In this document: positions 9,588 to 18,606 of the stretch, one piece after another | Layout: every line of letters starts with the position of its first letter | How positions within the stretch are numbered: the first letter of the stretch is position 1 | NCBI GenBank assembly: GCA_045634865.1 | Contig: JAZRBB010000002.1 | Span: forward strand, 197,162 to 261,161 | DNA from: Candidatus Enterousia sp. | GTDB lineage: Bacteria; Pseudomonadota; Alphaproteobacteria; Rs-D84 | Length of the DNA: 64,000 bases | Direction: 5' to 3' | The notes under the pieces: model-generated | What the model was told of the DNA's origin: nothing | Databases searched by the model: none | The model's input: only the letters and a program-made list of their open reading frames with translations | Position numbers and translations under genes: made by a program

Positions 9588-11508
9588 ATTCTTCATAATC
9601 ATAAAAATATTCTTCATCAGATTCTTCTACAAAACCGGCAGGTTCTTGATAATCTTGCTCTGACACAACCATATCATCATTTTTAGAACCAACATCATAT
9701 ACTGGTTTATTTACAGTAATTTCCTCTACATTTTCTTCCACAGGTTCCTCTTCAACAAAATCACCCGATGTCATAACCTGGGCAGGCACAGAATCCATTA
9801 TCACTGGCTCTGCTGGTTCCTCTTGGACATCTTCTGCAATTGGTTCGGCAGTTTCTTCAACTGTTTCTTCTGGCACAGGTTCAGCCACCACAGACTCTGT
9901 CTCTGCAGGTTCTGTCTCTTCTTCTACAAAAACGAATTCTTCTGGTTCAGTCTCTTTTTCTTTACTAACCTGGACAGGTTCAGTTGTTTCTTCTGGAATA
10001 ACTATTTCTTCTTGGGCGTTTTCAACGGGTTGTTCGTCAACAACTTTCTCTTCAACCACAGCAGCCAATAATGGTTTAGTTTTACCAACATGTTTCTGAT
10101 ATAGCCACAAAGTAAACACCGATAAAATAATCAAAACGACCAACAATAAATAATATACGAAAGTCGGTTTGGAACGATTGGTTTGTTCAGAAACAGATAT
10201 ATTAGTAGAACTAATCGGTGGAACAACTGGCGGAACAGGCATCACAGGCTGTGAATATTGTGGTTCATTATTCATAACAGGTTGCGGTTCTAATTTTGGT
10301 TGTTCTGCAACAGGTTCCATATTTTCCGCTGGTACCATTGATTCTAATACAGGTTTCGGTTCTGATACTGTCGGCAAAATTTCTTCATCATGAACAGGCA
10401 CCATAGATTCCAAAACAGGTTTTGGTTCTTCCAGATGTGGCGTGAACATTGGTGTTTCTGTTTCAATTTCAGGCACAGTCTCTGAAATACTTTCCGAATC
10501 GAATACCGGCTCCTTTTCTTCTGGCGCTGAAATATTCAACGACGGCGCATCAAAAGTGATCGGCTTGAAAGCAATATCTTCATTTAATATTTCTGGGTCT
10601 TTATCAAACAGCGGTTTAATATCACTATCTGCGTTTGCATCTTCGTCATCATCATCAATTTCTTCTTCAATCTCTTCATCATCATCAAAATCATCATCTT
10701 CCAATTCGTCTTCATCCGGTTCAATCTTTTGTATTTCATGCTTTGGTGCAACCATAACAGATTTTGATGTTTTCGGACTTTGTTGTATTTCCAGCGCAGG
10801 CTGATTTAATAAATCGCTGGCCAGTTCTGCATCAACTGTGGCAACCTCTAACCGTTTCTGTGCAGAATCCAGCCTTTTCTTGGCGCGTTTCAGTTTTTCA
10901 TTTGTTGCATCAATCTGAGATTCCACTTTCAGAATCTTGGATGCAGATTGTTTGGTCGGAACCTTTCCAATTTCTTTCTTTTGCGCAGATAATTTTGCAC
11001 GCAAAGTTTTAACACGTTCCTGCAAGCGAACAATTGTTTCTTTGGTTTTTACAATCGTGATATTAGTTTTTGCAATAGTTTCATTCGCAACATTAAGGCG
11101 AATCATCGCACTATGGCGCGCAGCAGAATCACGTAAAATATTCAACTGATTCAAATGTTCAGACAAATCATCACCAGCAATATACGCATCGATAAGATTT
11201 TCATATACAGACAAACCGGAATATTCGATATCAAGTTTTTGATATTTATTATCTTGCTTTGGACGAATCGTTTCCAGATCAACATCATATTCCCCAGAAA
11301 GTATTTCATCCCATTTTTTATCGCCCATTGGGTTTATAACTAATAACACATTAGGTTTGTTCTGATTGATAGTGTTATCCAACACAAACACCAAATCATC
11401 AGAATCATCATAGAAAGCATTGATTGCATTACCATCTATGTTATACGAACGCATATTCAATGTTCCGTATTCTGTTTCATTCACTATATCTTCTCTCTCG
11501 CCTATCAT
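9586..11508 (-). CDS. Hypothetical large acidic single-pass membrane protein (coiled coil, Asp/Glu-rich and Pro-rich segments, one transmembrane helix)
   Basis: 640-aa ORF directly downstream of gcrA on the same strand. Coiled-coil region ~aa 150-230, acidic stretch EDELEDDDFDDDEEIEEEIDDDDED, duplicated PKPVLESMVP, transmembrane segment FVYYLLLVVLIILSVFTLWLY. No recognisable enzymatic motif. Confidence 0.55.
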   Translation of the reverse strand: MIGEREDIVNETEYGTLNMRSYNIDGNAINAFYDDSDDLVFVLDNTINQNKPNVLLVINPMGDKKWDEILSGEYDVDLETIRPKQDNKYQKLDIEYSGLSVYENLIDAYIAGDDLSEHLNQLNILRDSAARHSAMIRLNVANETIAKTNITIVKTKETIVRLQERVKTLRAKLSAQKKEIGKVPTKQSASKILKVESQIDATNEKLKRAKKRLDSAQKRLEVATVDAELASDLLNQPALEIQQSPKTSKSVMVAPKHEIQKIEPDEDELEDDDFDDDEEIEEEIDDDDEDANADSDIKPLFDKDPEILNEDIAFKPITFDAPSLNISAPEEKEPVFDSESISETVPEIETETPMFTPHLEEPKPVLESMVPVHDEEILPTVSEPKPVLESMVPAENMEPVAEQPKLEPQPVMNNEPQYSQPVMPVPPVVPPISSTNISVSEQTNRSKPTFVYYLLLVVLIILSVFTLWLYQKHVGKTKPLLAAVVEEKVVDEQPVENAQEEIVIPEETTEPVQVSKEKETEPEEFVFVEEETEPAETESVVAEPVPEETVEETAEPIAEDVQEEPAEPVIMDSVPAQVMTSGDFVEEEPVEENVEEITVNKPVYDVGSKNDDMVVSEQDYQEPAGFVEESDEEYFYDYEE

Positions 11509-11523
11509 CAGAAATCCCCCGTT

Positions 11524-12144
11524 TTATTTTTTCTTTGGTGCTGTAAATTGGTACGCTTGACGACAATGCTCATAACAATACGGCTTGCCAGCAAACACTG
11601 TTTCGCCACAGAAATGAAAATTATCAGAATCTGGATCGCCAATTGGCCAACGACATTGATTTGGTTTCAAGTTCGCCATCTGTAAAGCATGCTGAATCAA
11701 CAACTCATGCAAAGCCAAATCTTTCTTGGTCTTTTTAGAAGCGGTTTTTATCACAGGATTTTCAACAACCAAGGTCTTTTTATCTGCTTTATCTGCTTTG
11801 GGCGCCTTTTTTGTTTCAACTACTTTCTTAACTGGTTTTACAACAGATTTTTCAAGCGGTGCTTTTTTACCTTTCTTGACAACCTTCTTCAATACATCTT
11901 TCAGACTGTTTTTCTTAGCAACAACCTTTTTAGAAGTCTTTGTTTCTTTTACTTCTTTTTTCGACTTGGCAGATTTTTTATCTGTTGTATCAACAGCCTT
12001 GGAATTCCAACCCAAACGATTCAACTTGCCAATAACGGCATTTTTGGATACTTCCAATTTTTTACCAATTTCAGACGCAGACAACCCCTTGCCAACCAAC
12101 GCCTTTAATTTTTTCAGCATATTGCTGTCCCAACCCTTGCTCAT
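11524..12144 (-). CDS. gcrA: GcrA cell-cycle regulator
   Basis: N-terminus MSKGWDSNMLKKLKALVGKGLSASEIGKKLEVSKNAVIGKLNRLGW and C-terminus CRWPIGDPDSDNFHFCGETVFAGKPYCYEHCRQAYQ are typical of alphaproteobacterial GcrA. Confidence 0.85.
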   Translation of the reverse strand: MSKGWDSNMLKKLKALVGKGLSASEIGKKLEVSKNAVIGKLNRLGWNSKAVDTTDKKSAKSKKEVKETKTSKKVVAKKNSLKDVLKKVVKKGKKAPLEKSVVKPVKKVVETKKAPKADKADKKTLVVENPVIKTASKKTKKDLALHELLIQHALQMANLKPNQCRWPIGDPDSDNFHFCGETVFAGKPYCYEHCRQAYQFTAPKKK

Positions 12145-12216
12145 AATAAAAAGTCCTTGTGTTTATATCTGATATAATTGTATCATAAAAACGAATCGAA
12201 AGGCAAGAGAGAAAAC

Positions 12217-12678
12217 ATGATTTCTTATATATTTTTTTATGTGATTTTAATCGGCGCAATTTACTGTGCTGTCCGCATGGCAACCAATGATTTCAGGCAC
12301 CGCATCATACCAGACGTATACCTTTTTCCGTTTTTATTTGCAGGTTTATTGATTACGACCTTTTTCCCATGGCCTGTATCAATCGGTGATTCAGTTATCG
12401 GTGGTGCAATTGGATACTGTTTGGGACTGATTGTCGGATTTATATTCGAACACTTCCAGAAAAAGCAAAAATACCCAGCAATCGGTATGGGTGACATCAA
12501 ATTATTAGGGGCGGGGGGTATATGGCTTGGTACCATTGGTTTGGCGATTGCTATGGTTATTGCGTGCATATTATCTGTGATATGGGGAAAAAGAAAACAC
12601 CAAAAATATATCCCTTTTGCACCGTTCTTTTTAATGGGGGGATTTTTGTCTTTGATTATAATTCAATTTTTGATATAA
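12217..12678 (+). CDS. Type IV prepilin peptidase (A24 family, CpaA/TadV-like short form)
   Basis: Polytopic membrane protein with NDFRHRIIPD (first catalytic Asp) and GMGDIKLLGAGG (second catalytic Asp motif). ~154 aa from the MISYIFF start. Confidence 0.7.
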   Translation: MISYIFFYVILIGAIYCAVRMATNDFRHRIIPDVYLFPFLFAGLLITTFFPWPVSIGDSVIGGAIGYCLGLIVGFIFEHFQKKQKYPAIGMGDIKLLGAGGIWLGTIGLAIAMVIACILSVIWGKRKHQKYIPFAPFFLMGGFLSLIIIQFLI

Positions 12679-12682
12679 TCTG

Positions 12683-14593
12683 ATGAAGGAAAATATGAAA
12701 GCAGGAAAGATGAAATCTTTATTTATGTTCATAGTTGGCTGTTTTTACGCCATGTGCGCGCATTCAGCGGTTTCTCTTTTTTCGGATTATGGGCAAATCC
12801 AAAATGTCCAAAATTATTCTACAAACCCGTTTTGGTCACCAAACGCGCCATATAATCAAAAATTACCACAACCTGTGTATGTCCAGGGTAATGCTGTAAC
12901 CACCGAAGAATGCATAAATGTTATTCAATCCGCTGTTGCGTTTCAATGTGCTGCGCGCGATAATTGCAGAAACACCGCATTGACCGACATACGACCTGCA
13001 ATAATTGTTCAGTTGTCTAATCTACCTGGCAAGGCTTACAGTACCGCATGCGCGGGCTATCTGGACGGTGTGTTCGAATCGTACGTGGCTCAGTTTGGCA
13101 ATAATGCCCCTACGCGTCAGGTTGCATTTCCGGCTGGAACAGTTCCAAATTCAACATTAAATAATACAAACACAAACACGATTCAAATAAAAAATCCGTA
13201 TGAAGTTAAAACGCCCCAATGGCAACAGGAAATAGATGAACGAAGTCGTGAATTACAGGAATTACAGTCTGAAAATGGTGCGGGCAATTATGGATTGTCC
13301 GCAACTACGTTTCCAACGACATATAACGATTTGTCTTTCACTGACCGCATGGCAAACGAAGCAGCAGGTTATGCACCATACAAAGATAAAAGCGCATATA
13401 AAACAATAAATGTTAAAAGTGGTGACGAATGGTGCAAAGAACACCAAGGTTCCAAGGAATGTAAAGAATACGAAGAACAACAAAAATTGGCACAACAATC
13501 TAAGAATTCAACCAACCCAAACAACACTAAACAATCAACAACCACAAAACAATCAACAAACAAAGAAATACGTACTGATGCGGCAGAAATTGTTAAATTA
13601 CTGCAACCCGCTAACAAGGATCAAGAGTTCTTTTTTACTTCACTAGCGACAGATTACGTGACAGAAAAAGCAAAAAACTCATCGTTAGTTTTGGACAATC
13701 AGTTTTTATATGATTTTTTTTCTAGTAACAGTGGCGTTGATCGCATAAACACCTTCAAGGCTGGTTTACAAAACCTGGAATCTAAACAAGCAACCAAGGC
13801 AGCCAACATCGATATCAATTGGCAAGAAGCCGTAACCAAAATATCAACATTATTGGATGATAATAAAAAGTTATATGGCGCCATGGTATGCGAAAACAAT
13901 CGTTCTTATGAAGTTGGTATAGAAACGGCTTTGTGGGCAGCCACCGTAGGTGCTACAATTGCCACATTTTATGTTGGCGGTGCAGGTGGTGCAGGAACTG
14001 CAGCTGCTGGAACCGCGGCAAAAGTAGGAATTAAAACTCTTGCAAAAGCAGCGTTAAAACACGCTGTCACAACAGGGCTTAAATGGGCCATCTTAACTGC
14101 GGCTGGTGCCATTATTATAAATACAAAAGGTTCTTGGAATTATCCCAAAACTAACATTAATCAAACAAGTTTTGCCAAATCATCTGCAGGATTGCTTTAC
14201 AGTTTAGTTGACAGCGAACCAAGAACAGATATAGTGAATTGTCAAGGATTGGACGTAGCAGACCGAAAAAAATGTTACAGTGTATGCGGATACCCTGGCG
14301 CACCAAATGATGAACTGAACGAAAAAGTACTATCCGAAGTTATGGGTTCACGTTATTGTGTAAGCACAGAAGACTTTACTTTGTATGATATTAACACCAG
14401 AAAACCATTGATGATGACGTCAGCGCAATATAACCAAGTAATAGATAAACTGGCATTAATCAAAGACAAAGGTGGCTGTGATTGGAATGAAGATGACGTA
14501 GATATGTTTACAGGACGATATATTTATGATCCAAACACTATGGAACCGTCGTCATATTTATTGATTGAAAAAGTTGATCGTCTTGATGATTAA
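12683..14593 (+). CDS. Hypothetical secreted Cys-rich protein with a Gly/Ala-rich hydrophobic (glycine-zipper) segment
   Basis: Signal peptide MKSLFMFIVGCFYAMCAHSA. Thr/Asn/Gln-rich linker. GGAGGAGTAAAGTAAKVGIK...LTAAGAIIIN hydrophobic segment. Multiple Cys. Start ambiguous between 12683 and 12695. Confidence 0.6.
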   Translation: MKENMKAGKMKSLFMFIVGCFYAMCAHSAVSLFSDYGQIQNVQNYSTNPFWSPNAPYNQKLPQPVYVQGNAVTTEECINVIQSAVAFQCAARDNCRNTALTDIRPAIIVQLSNLPGKAYSTACAGYLDGVFESYVAQFGNNAPTRQVAFPAGTVPNSTLNNTNTNTIQIKNPYEVKTPQWQQEIDERSRELQELQSENGAGNYGLSATTFPTTYNDLSFTDRMANEAAGYAPYKDKSAYKTINVKSGDEWCKEHQGSKECKEYEEQQKLAQQSKNSTNPNNTKQSTTTKQSTNKEIRTDAAEIVKLLQPANKDQEFFFTSLATDYVTEKAKNSSLVLDNQFLYDFFSSNSGVDRINTFKAGLQNLESKQATKAANIDINWQEAVTKISTLLDDNKKLYGAMVCENNRSYEVGIETALWAATVGATIATFYVGGAGGAGTAAAGTAAKVGIKTLAKAALKHAVTTGLKWAILTAAGAIIINTKGSWNYPKTNINQTSFAKSSAGLLYSLVDSEPRTDIVNCQGLDVADRKKCYSVCGYPGAPNDELNEKVLSEVMGSRYCVSTEDFTLYDINTRKPLMMTSAQYNQVIDKLALIKDKGGCDWNEDDVDMFTGRYIYDPNTMEPSSYLLIEKVDRLDD

Positions 14594-14668
14594 GGGTATG
14601 GAATAAAACCTTGTTGTGTTTAATATAAAAAATTATTATAATGAACATGTGCAAGGAAAGGTTTATAC

Positions 14669-14983
14669 ATGAAAAAAATATTATTCATCATAATTACATT
14701 TATATCTATGTGCGGCAATACGTTCGGGTACCAGGTATTATCTACCAAAGAATTTGGCAAAAACGATGCAAAGAATCAAAACGTCGTTGTTAAATGCACA
14801 ACCGATACTGGCAAGTTGTCTGCCGAAACATGTTCTTTGCGCAGATATGCAAAATGCACAGACAAAGAAAAAAAGAATTGTAATCAATGGCAACCTTGGC
14901 GCGACTTACGCGATTCCAATGCTACATATGCAGATTGGAAATCCGCTGCATCTGCTTGTTGCAAGAAAAAGGGGTTAAGGTAA
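14669..14983 (+). CDS. Small secreted Cys-rich protein (104 aa, 8 Cys)
   Basis: Signal peptide MKKILFIIITFISMCGNTFG. No known motif. Confidence 0.5.
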   Translation: MKKILFIIITFISMCGNTFGYQVLSTKEFGKNDAKNQNVVVKCTTDTGKLSAETCSLRRYAKCTDKEKKNCNQWQPWRDLRDSNATYADWKSAASACCKKKGLR

Positions 14984-15148
14984 AGTTGGCTAATCAGCCA
15001 CAAGCATTTAATGTGGGCGGACTCCCTCGCACGCATATAAAATATGCGGCTGCGGGCAAAACGTAACGATTTGGTCGCGTTTTACTTACCAAATCTACTT
15101 ATTTTCGAACCAAACAACTTCGTTGTACGGTCGAATACCACAAACTAT

Positions 15149-15208
15149 ATCCACCACAAAAAAAGAACCACACAAAGTGGTTCGTTTTTTGTGGTGGATG
15201 TGGGCGGA
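15149..15208. repeat. Large perfect hairpin (atccaccacaaaaaaagaaccac...gtggttcgttttttgtggtggat) followed by a 22-bp duplicate of the tRNA-Val 3' end (ttttgtggtggatgtgggcgga)
   Basis: The 22-mer at 15187-15208 is identical to 15362-15383, which is the 3' end of the intact tRNA-Val. A second similar hairpin lies at ~15325-15366. Confidence 0.7.
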
Positions 15209-15366
15209 TTGGTCTCGTTCACACTCGACCTCACTACGCTCATCGGCATAAGCCGACCGCCATACTTCCGTCTGGCTTTCGCTTGTAGTCGAACCGCCAG
15301 CCGCCGTTTCTTCGTCACCCCCAACCACAAAATAAAAAATAGGGCATTCGCCCATTTTTTATTTTG

Positions 15367-15443
15367 TGGTGGATGTGGGCGGACTCGAACCGCCGACCCC
15401 TACGATGTGAACGTAGTGCTCTAACCAACTGAGCCACACATCC
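15367..15443 (-). tRNA. tRNA-Val (anticodon CAC)
   Basis: Reverse complement GGATGTGTGGCTCAGTTGGTTAGAGCACTACGTTCACATCGTAGGGGTCGGCGGTTCGAGTCCGCCCACATCCACCA. Cloverleaf with anticodon loop TTCACAT. Confidence 0.85.
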
Positions 15444-15602
15444 AAAAACCTAATAAAAAACCGCGTTTTGCGGTTATAATGCTTTTGTCCGTATTCGCTA
15501 TCGCTACGGCGAGACACTCAATTTTCTTAATTGTGCGCTTGTAATCACCCACAAAATTTTTTAATTTTGCGGGGCCCGAAGCGCGCGCAATAACGAAAAT
15601 CG

Positions 15603-15690
15603 GTGGTGGGGATAGTGGGACTTGAACCCACACGGTTGCAATAACCAAAGGATTTTAAGTCCTCAGCGTGTACCATTCCGCCATATCCCC
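15603..15690 (-). tRNA. tRNA-Leu (anticodon TAA), long variable arm
   Basis: Reverse complement GGGGATATGGCGGAATGGTA...GAGGACTTAAAATCCTT...GGGTTCAAGTCCCACTATCCCCACCA. Confidence 0.8.
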
Positions 15691-15741
15691 AGGACTTTTT
15701 TACACCCATTTGCCCTCAGAATACCTCTGATACAAAAAGGG

Positions 15742-15817
15742 TGGTGGAGCTGATGAGATTCGAACTCACGACCTCTGCATTGCGAACGCAGCGCTCTACC
15801 AACTGAGCTACAACCCC
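15742..15817 (-). tRNA. tRNA-Ala (anticodon CGC)
   Basis: Reverse complement GGGGTTGTAGCTCAGTTGGTAGAGCGCTGCGTTCGCAATGCAGAGGTCGTGAGTTCGAATCTCATCAGCTCCACCA. G3:U70 identity pair present. Confidence 0.85.
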
Positions 15818-15841
15818 ATGCTTCACATGCTTACAAACACA

Positions 15842-15928
15842 TGGTGGGCATAAGAAGACTCGAACTTCCAAGGTATTGCTACCACTAGTACCTGAAACTA
15901 GCGCGTCTACCAATTCCGCCATATGCCC
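15842..15928 (-). tRNA. tRNA-Leu (anticodon CAG), long variable arm
   Basis: Reverse complement GGGCATATGGCGGAATTGGTAGACGCGCTAGTTTCAGGTACTAGTGGTAGCAATACC..GGAAGTTCGAGTCTTCTTATGCCCACCA. Confidence 0.8.
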
Positions 15929-16067
15929 GTAAAAAGCACAAGGAATAATAAAACATATTCGCAACTTTTGCAACAAGAAAAAACAAAAAATTTACAAAAA
16001 ATATATTAAAAACTATGTAATTTTACTTGCCCCATATGGCATATTTCTGATAAAATTATAGCCAGAG

Positions 16068-18584
16068 ATGAAGAAAATTCTGACTTTTGTATTTACCACA
16101 ATTGTCTGCGTGTTTGGCGCGGACGCTGCAATACGTGACGAAAACACCACACAACGCGGAAAAAACACATCTGTCACAACAACACAAAACACACGTTCGA
16201 TAACTAATCGTTCTGCAATCAAGAAATCTGTTTCAGCGCGCACAGCGGGTTCTGTGAGCGTATTAAAATCACGCTCGGCATCACAAAATGTTGCGACACG
16301 AACACCGATGATACAAACAACAAAATCGCAACGTAGTGCCACAGTTAAAAAGCAAAACGTATTATCGCGTGCGGCAACCCAGACCAGTAATATCAATACT
16401 ACCGAAACACGCACTGGTGCCGAATACGAACAATGCAAAACCGCATTTTTTACTTGTATGGATCAGTTCTGCCAACTGAAAAACGATAATTTCAGAAGAT
16501 GTTCTTGCAATGACAAGGTGTTTAAGTACCAGGAAATTTCTGACACATACCAAAGCGCGAATGAACGTTTAACTGAATTCACTGAAAATCTTGATATCAT
16601 TGGCATGACAGCAGCCCAGGCAACCGCAATGAAAACCTCTACCGAGGGTGAAGACGCTTTGACCGAAGATAAATCGGCGTCCAAACAATTACTCCAGGCA
16701 ATTATGAATGCTATCAAGGGCGAAGATTCAACGGTTGGTGGAAAATATCAGAATCTGAACAGTTTGGTTATTTCGCCAGATATGTCAAACGCGTTTGGTA
16801 TGAATGATTATGGTCAAATTATCGCGTCTTATAACGGTGCAAATTTATACAAGGCTGTATATCCACAATGTCGTAATGCTGTCAAAGAAGATTGTAATAA
16901 CGCATCCTTGCAACGCGCAGTAAATGCATATTTAATGGCAATTGAACAAGATTGCAATACTGTTGAATCTGCTTTGTATGAAAAACAGAAAACATTAAAA
17001 GCATCAACATACGAAAGCAGTGCTATGCTGGATTTGGCACGCGTAGAAAATCGCCAAACACATAATTCTGATGATATTTCAACATGCTTGGCCAATGTAG
17101 AATCCGCAATCCAAAGTGAAGAGGTTTGTGGTGTCGCATATCATAAATGCTTGGATAACGGACAATTTATTGATGTAATGACTGGTGCGCCACTGACCGG
17201 TGTGAAAAACTTTTATGAATTGGGAACCTTGTTGACATTTAAAACAAATGAAAATATTCAGAACCAAAAATTATCTACTATCACAAGCAACAGGGATTTT
17301 GTTCAATTTTTTGAGAACAAGACCAAGAAATTTGCAACAGACGCTTTGGATAAATGCACAGAAAAATCTGATTATGTGTGGCAACAATATCTGGACCGCG
17401 CCTTGTTGGACATATACTATGCACAACAATCAAAGGTTAAAACCATTAAAAACAGTTGTTTTGATTTAGTAGCTGCATGTTATGACAACCAAACAGCCGC
17501 CATTGAAACTGCCATGGCTAATTTAACTGGGGAATACTCTATAGATCTTCAACCCGCTACATTGAAATTAACCCAAGAAATGTGCGACGATTACATAGAA
17601 TCTTGCAACAGCATGTTCGCTGGTGATGTAATAAAAGATTATATGAACAAAAAAACAGTGTCTGATTCTGAAAAAGCATGCCGTAAAATCGCCCAAAATT
17701 GTTTTGATAGTTTTGGCGGTGCTGGATACGAAAACTTTTATTCATTGCAAAACGATGTAATCAAAGCTGGCAAAGCACTGGATTGGTTCACTTTATACAA
17801 TTACGATGACAGCGGTAAAATTTTATCGCCCTGTGCCCAAGAATTAAATAATACCGCAGGTTGCAATTCCAAAGAAGTACTGGAACATACATTTGGTGGC
17901 TTTGATAAACATGCTGATGGTGATTACAGGTACATAGAAGACCATATCGACTATGACAGACATCTACGTTCATCAGGCGTTGCGAGTGAGGTTTATACAC
18001 AAATTATGGCAAGTTTGTCTGCCCAGTGTGAACAGATTCATGGTTTCTTTGTAGAGGCACACCTTGCAACATCTTATGGTTATACACAGAGCAACTTTTG
18101 TCAGATAAATAGTGGTAGTTTTATTTTTGTCGCAGGCAACAACAACACTTTGGGGTATTGGTACAATTTCAAAAAAGATGAAAACATGTGTCCGAAGGGG
18201 TATGCTTCCAAGATAGATACCCAGTCATGGGGTATGTGTTCATGTTGGGAAAATGGAAATTATCGCAGCAAAAACGGCCAAACAGAAACATGTATGCCAT
18301 TGCTACCTGTACCAAATGATGCGGTTGATAACTACACAATTTCTGACGGCGACCTCTGCACAGATGACGCAGTTAAAGACGCCACCAGCACAACAGGAGG
18401 TAAACAATACACTTATGATGTATGGTGTCAACAAACCGTTATGTCATCCAGAAGGCAAATCTGTCCCAGAATGCAAATAACAACCACCGACGACAACTCA
18501 CAAAAGATTTTTTGTGCATACAACAAAAACGACACGAAGAAGGTCATCAACGCAACAAAAGATCAAAAATTGCACAATCAATAA
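16068..18584 (+). CDS. Hypothetical large secreted Cys-rich protein (838 aa)
   Basis: Signal peptide MKKILTFVFTTIVCVFGADA. Ser/Thr/Arg-rich low-complexity N-terminal region, then many Cys. Promoter-like TTACTT-N17-GATAAAAT upstream. Confidence 0.6.
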   Translation: MKKILTFVFTTIVCVFGADAAIRDENTTQRGKNTSVTTTQNTRSITNRSAIKKSVSARTAGSVSVLKSRSASQNVATRTPMIQTTKSQRSATVKKQNVLSRAATQTSNINTTETRTGAEYEQCKTAFFTCMDQFCQLKNDNFRRCSCNDKVFKYQEISDTYQSANERLTEFTENLDIIGMTAAQATAMKTSTEGEDALTEDKSASKQLLQAIMNAIKGEDSTVGGKYQNLNSLVISPDMSNAFGMNDYGQIIASYNGANLYKAVYPQCRNAVKEDCNNASLQRAVNAYLMAIEQDCNTVESALYEKQKTLKASTYESSAMLDLARVENRQTHNSDDISTCLANVESAIQSEEVCGVAYHKCLDNGQFIDVMTGAPLTGVKNFYELGTLLTFKTNENIQNQKLSTITSNRDFVQFFENKTKKFATDALDKCTEKSDYVWQQYLDRALLDIYYAQQSKVKTIKNSCFDLVAACYDNQTAAIETAMANLTGEYSIDLQPATLKLTQEMCDDYIESCNSMFAGDVIKDYMNKKTVSDSEKACRKIAQNCFDSFGGAGYENFYSLQNDVIKAGKALDWFTLYNYDDSGKILSPCAQELNNTAGCNSKEVLEHTFGGFDKHADGDYRYIEDHIDYDRHLRSSGVASEVYTQIMASLSAQCEQIHGFFVEAHLATSYGYTQSNFCQINSGSFIFVAGNNNTLGYWYNFKKDENMCPKGYASKIDTQSWGMCSCWENGNYRSKNGQTETCMPLLPVPNDAVDNYTISDGDLCTDDAVKDATSTTGGKQYTYDVWCQQTVMSSRRQICPRMQITTTDDNSQKIFCAYNKNDTKKVINATKDQKLHNQ

Positions 18585-18606
18585 ATAAAAAATATTATAA
18601 TGAAAT

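Noticed and set aside
10169-10804. ORFs on the plus strand (74, 120 and 82 aa) that are Ser/Gly-rich
   Set aside because: They are antisense to the acidic/Pro-rich 640-aa gene. Their low-complexity composition is the mirror image of the E/D codon runs. Spurious.
15044-15424. 126-aa and 86-aa ORFs spanning the tRNA-Val region
   Set aside because: They run through hairpins and the tRNA itself. The palindromes produce mirrored peptides on both strands (HHKKRTT...SFFVVD). Not coding.
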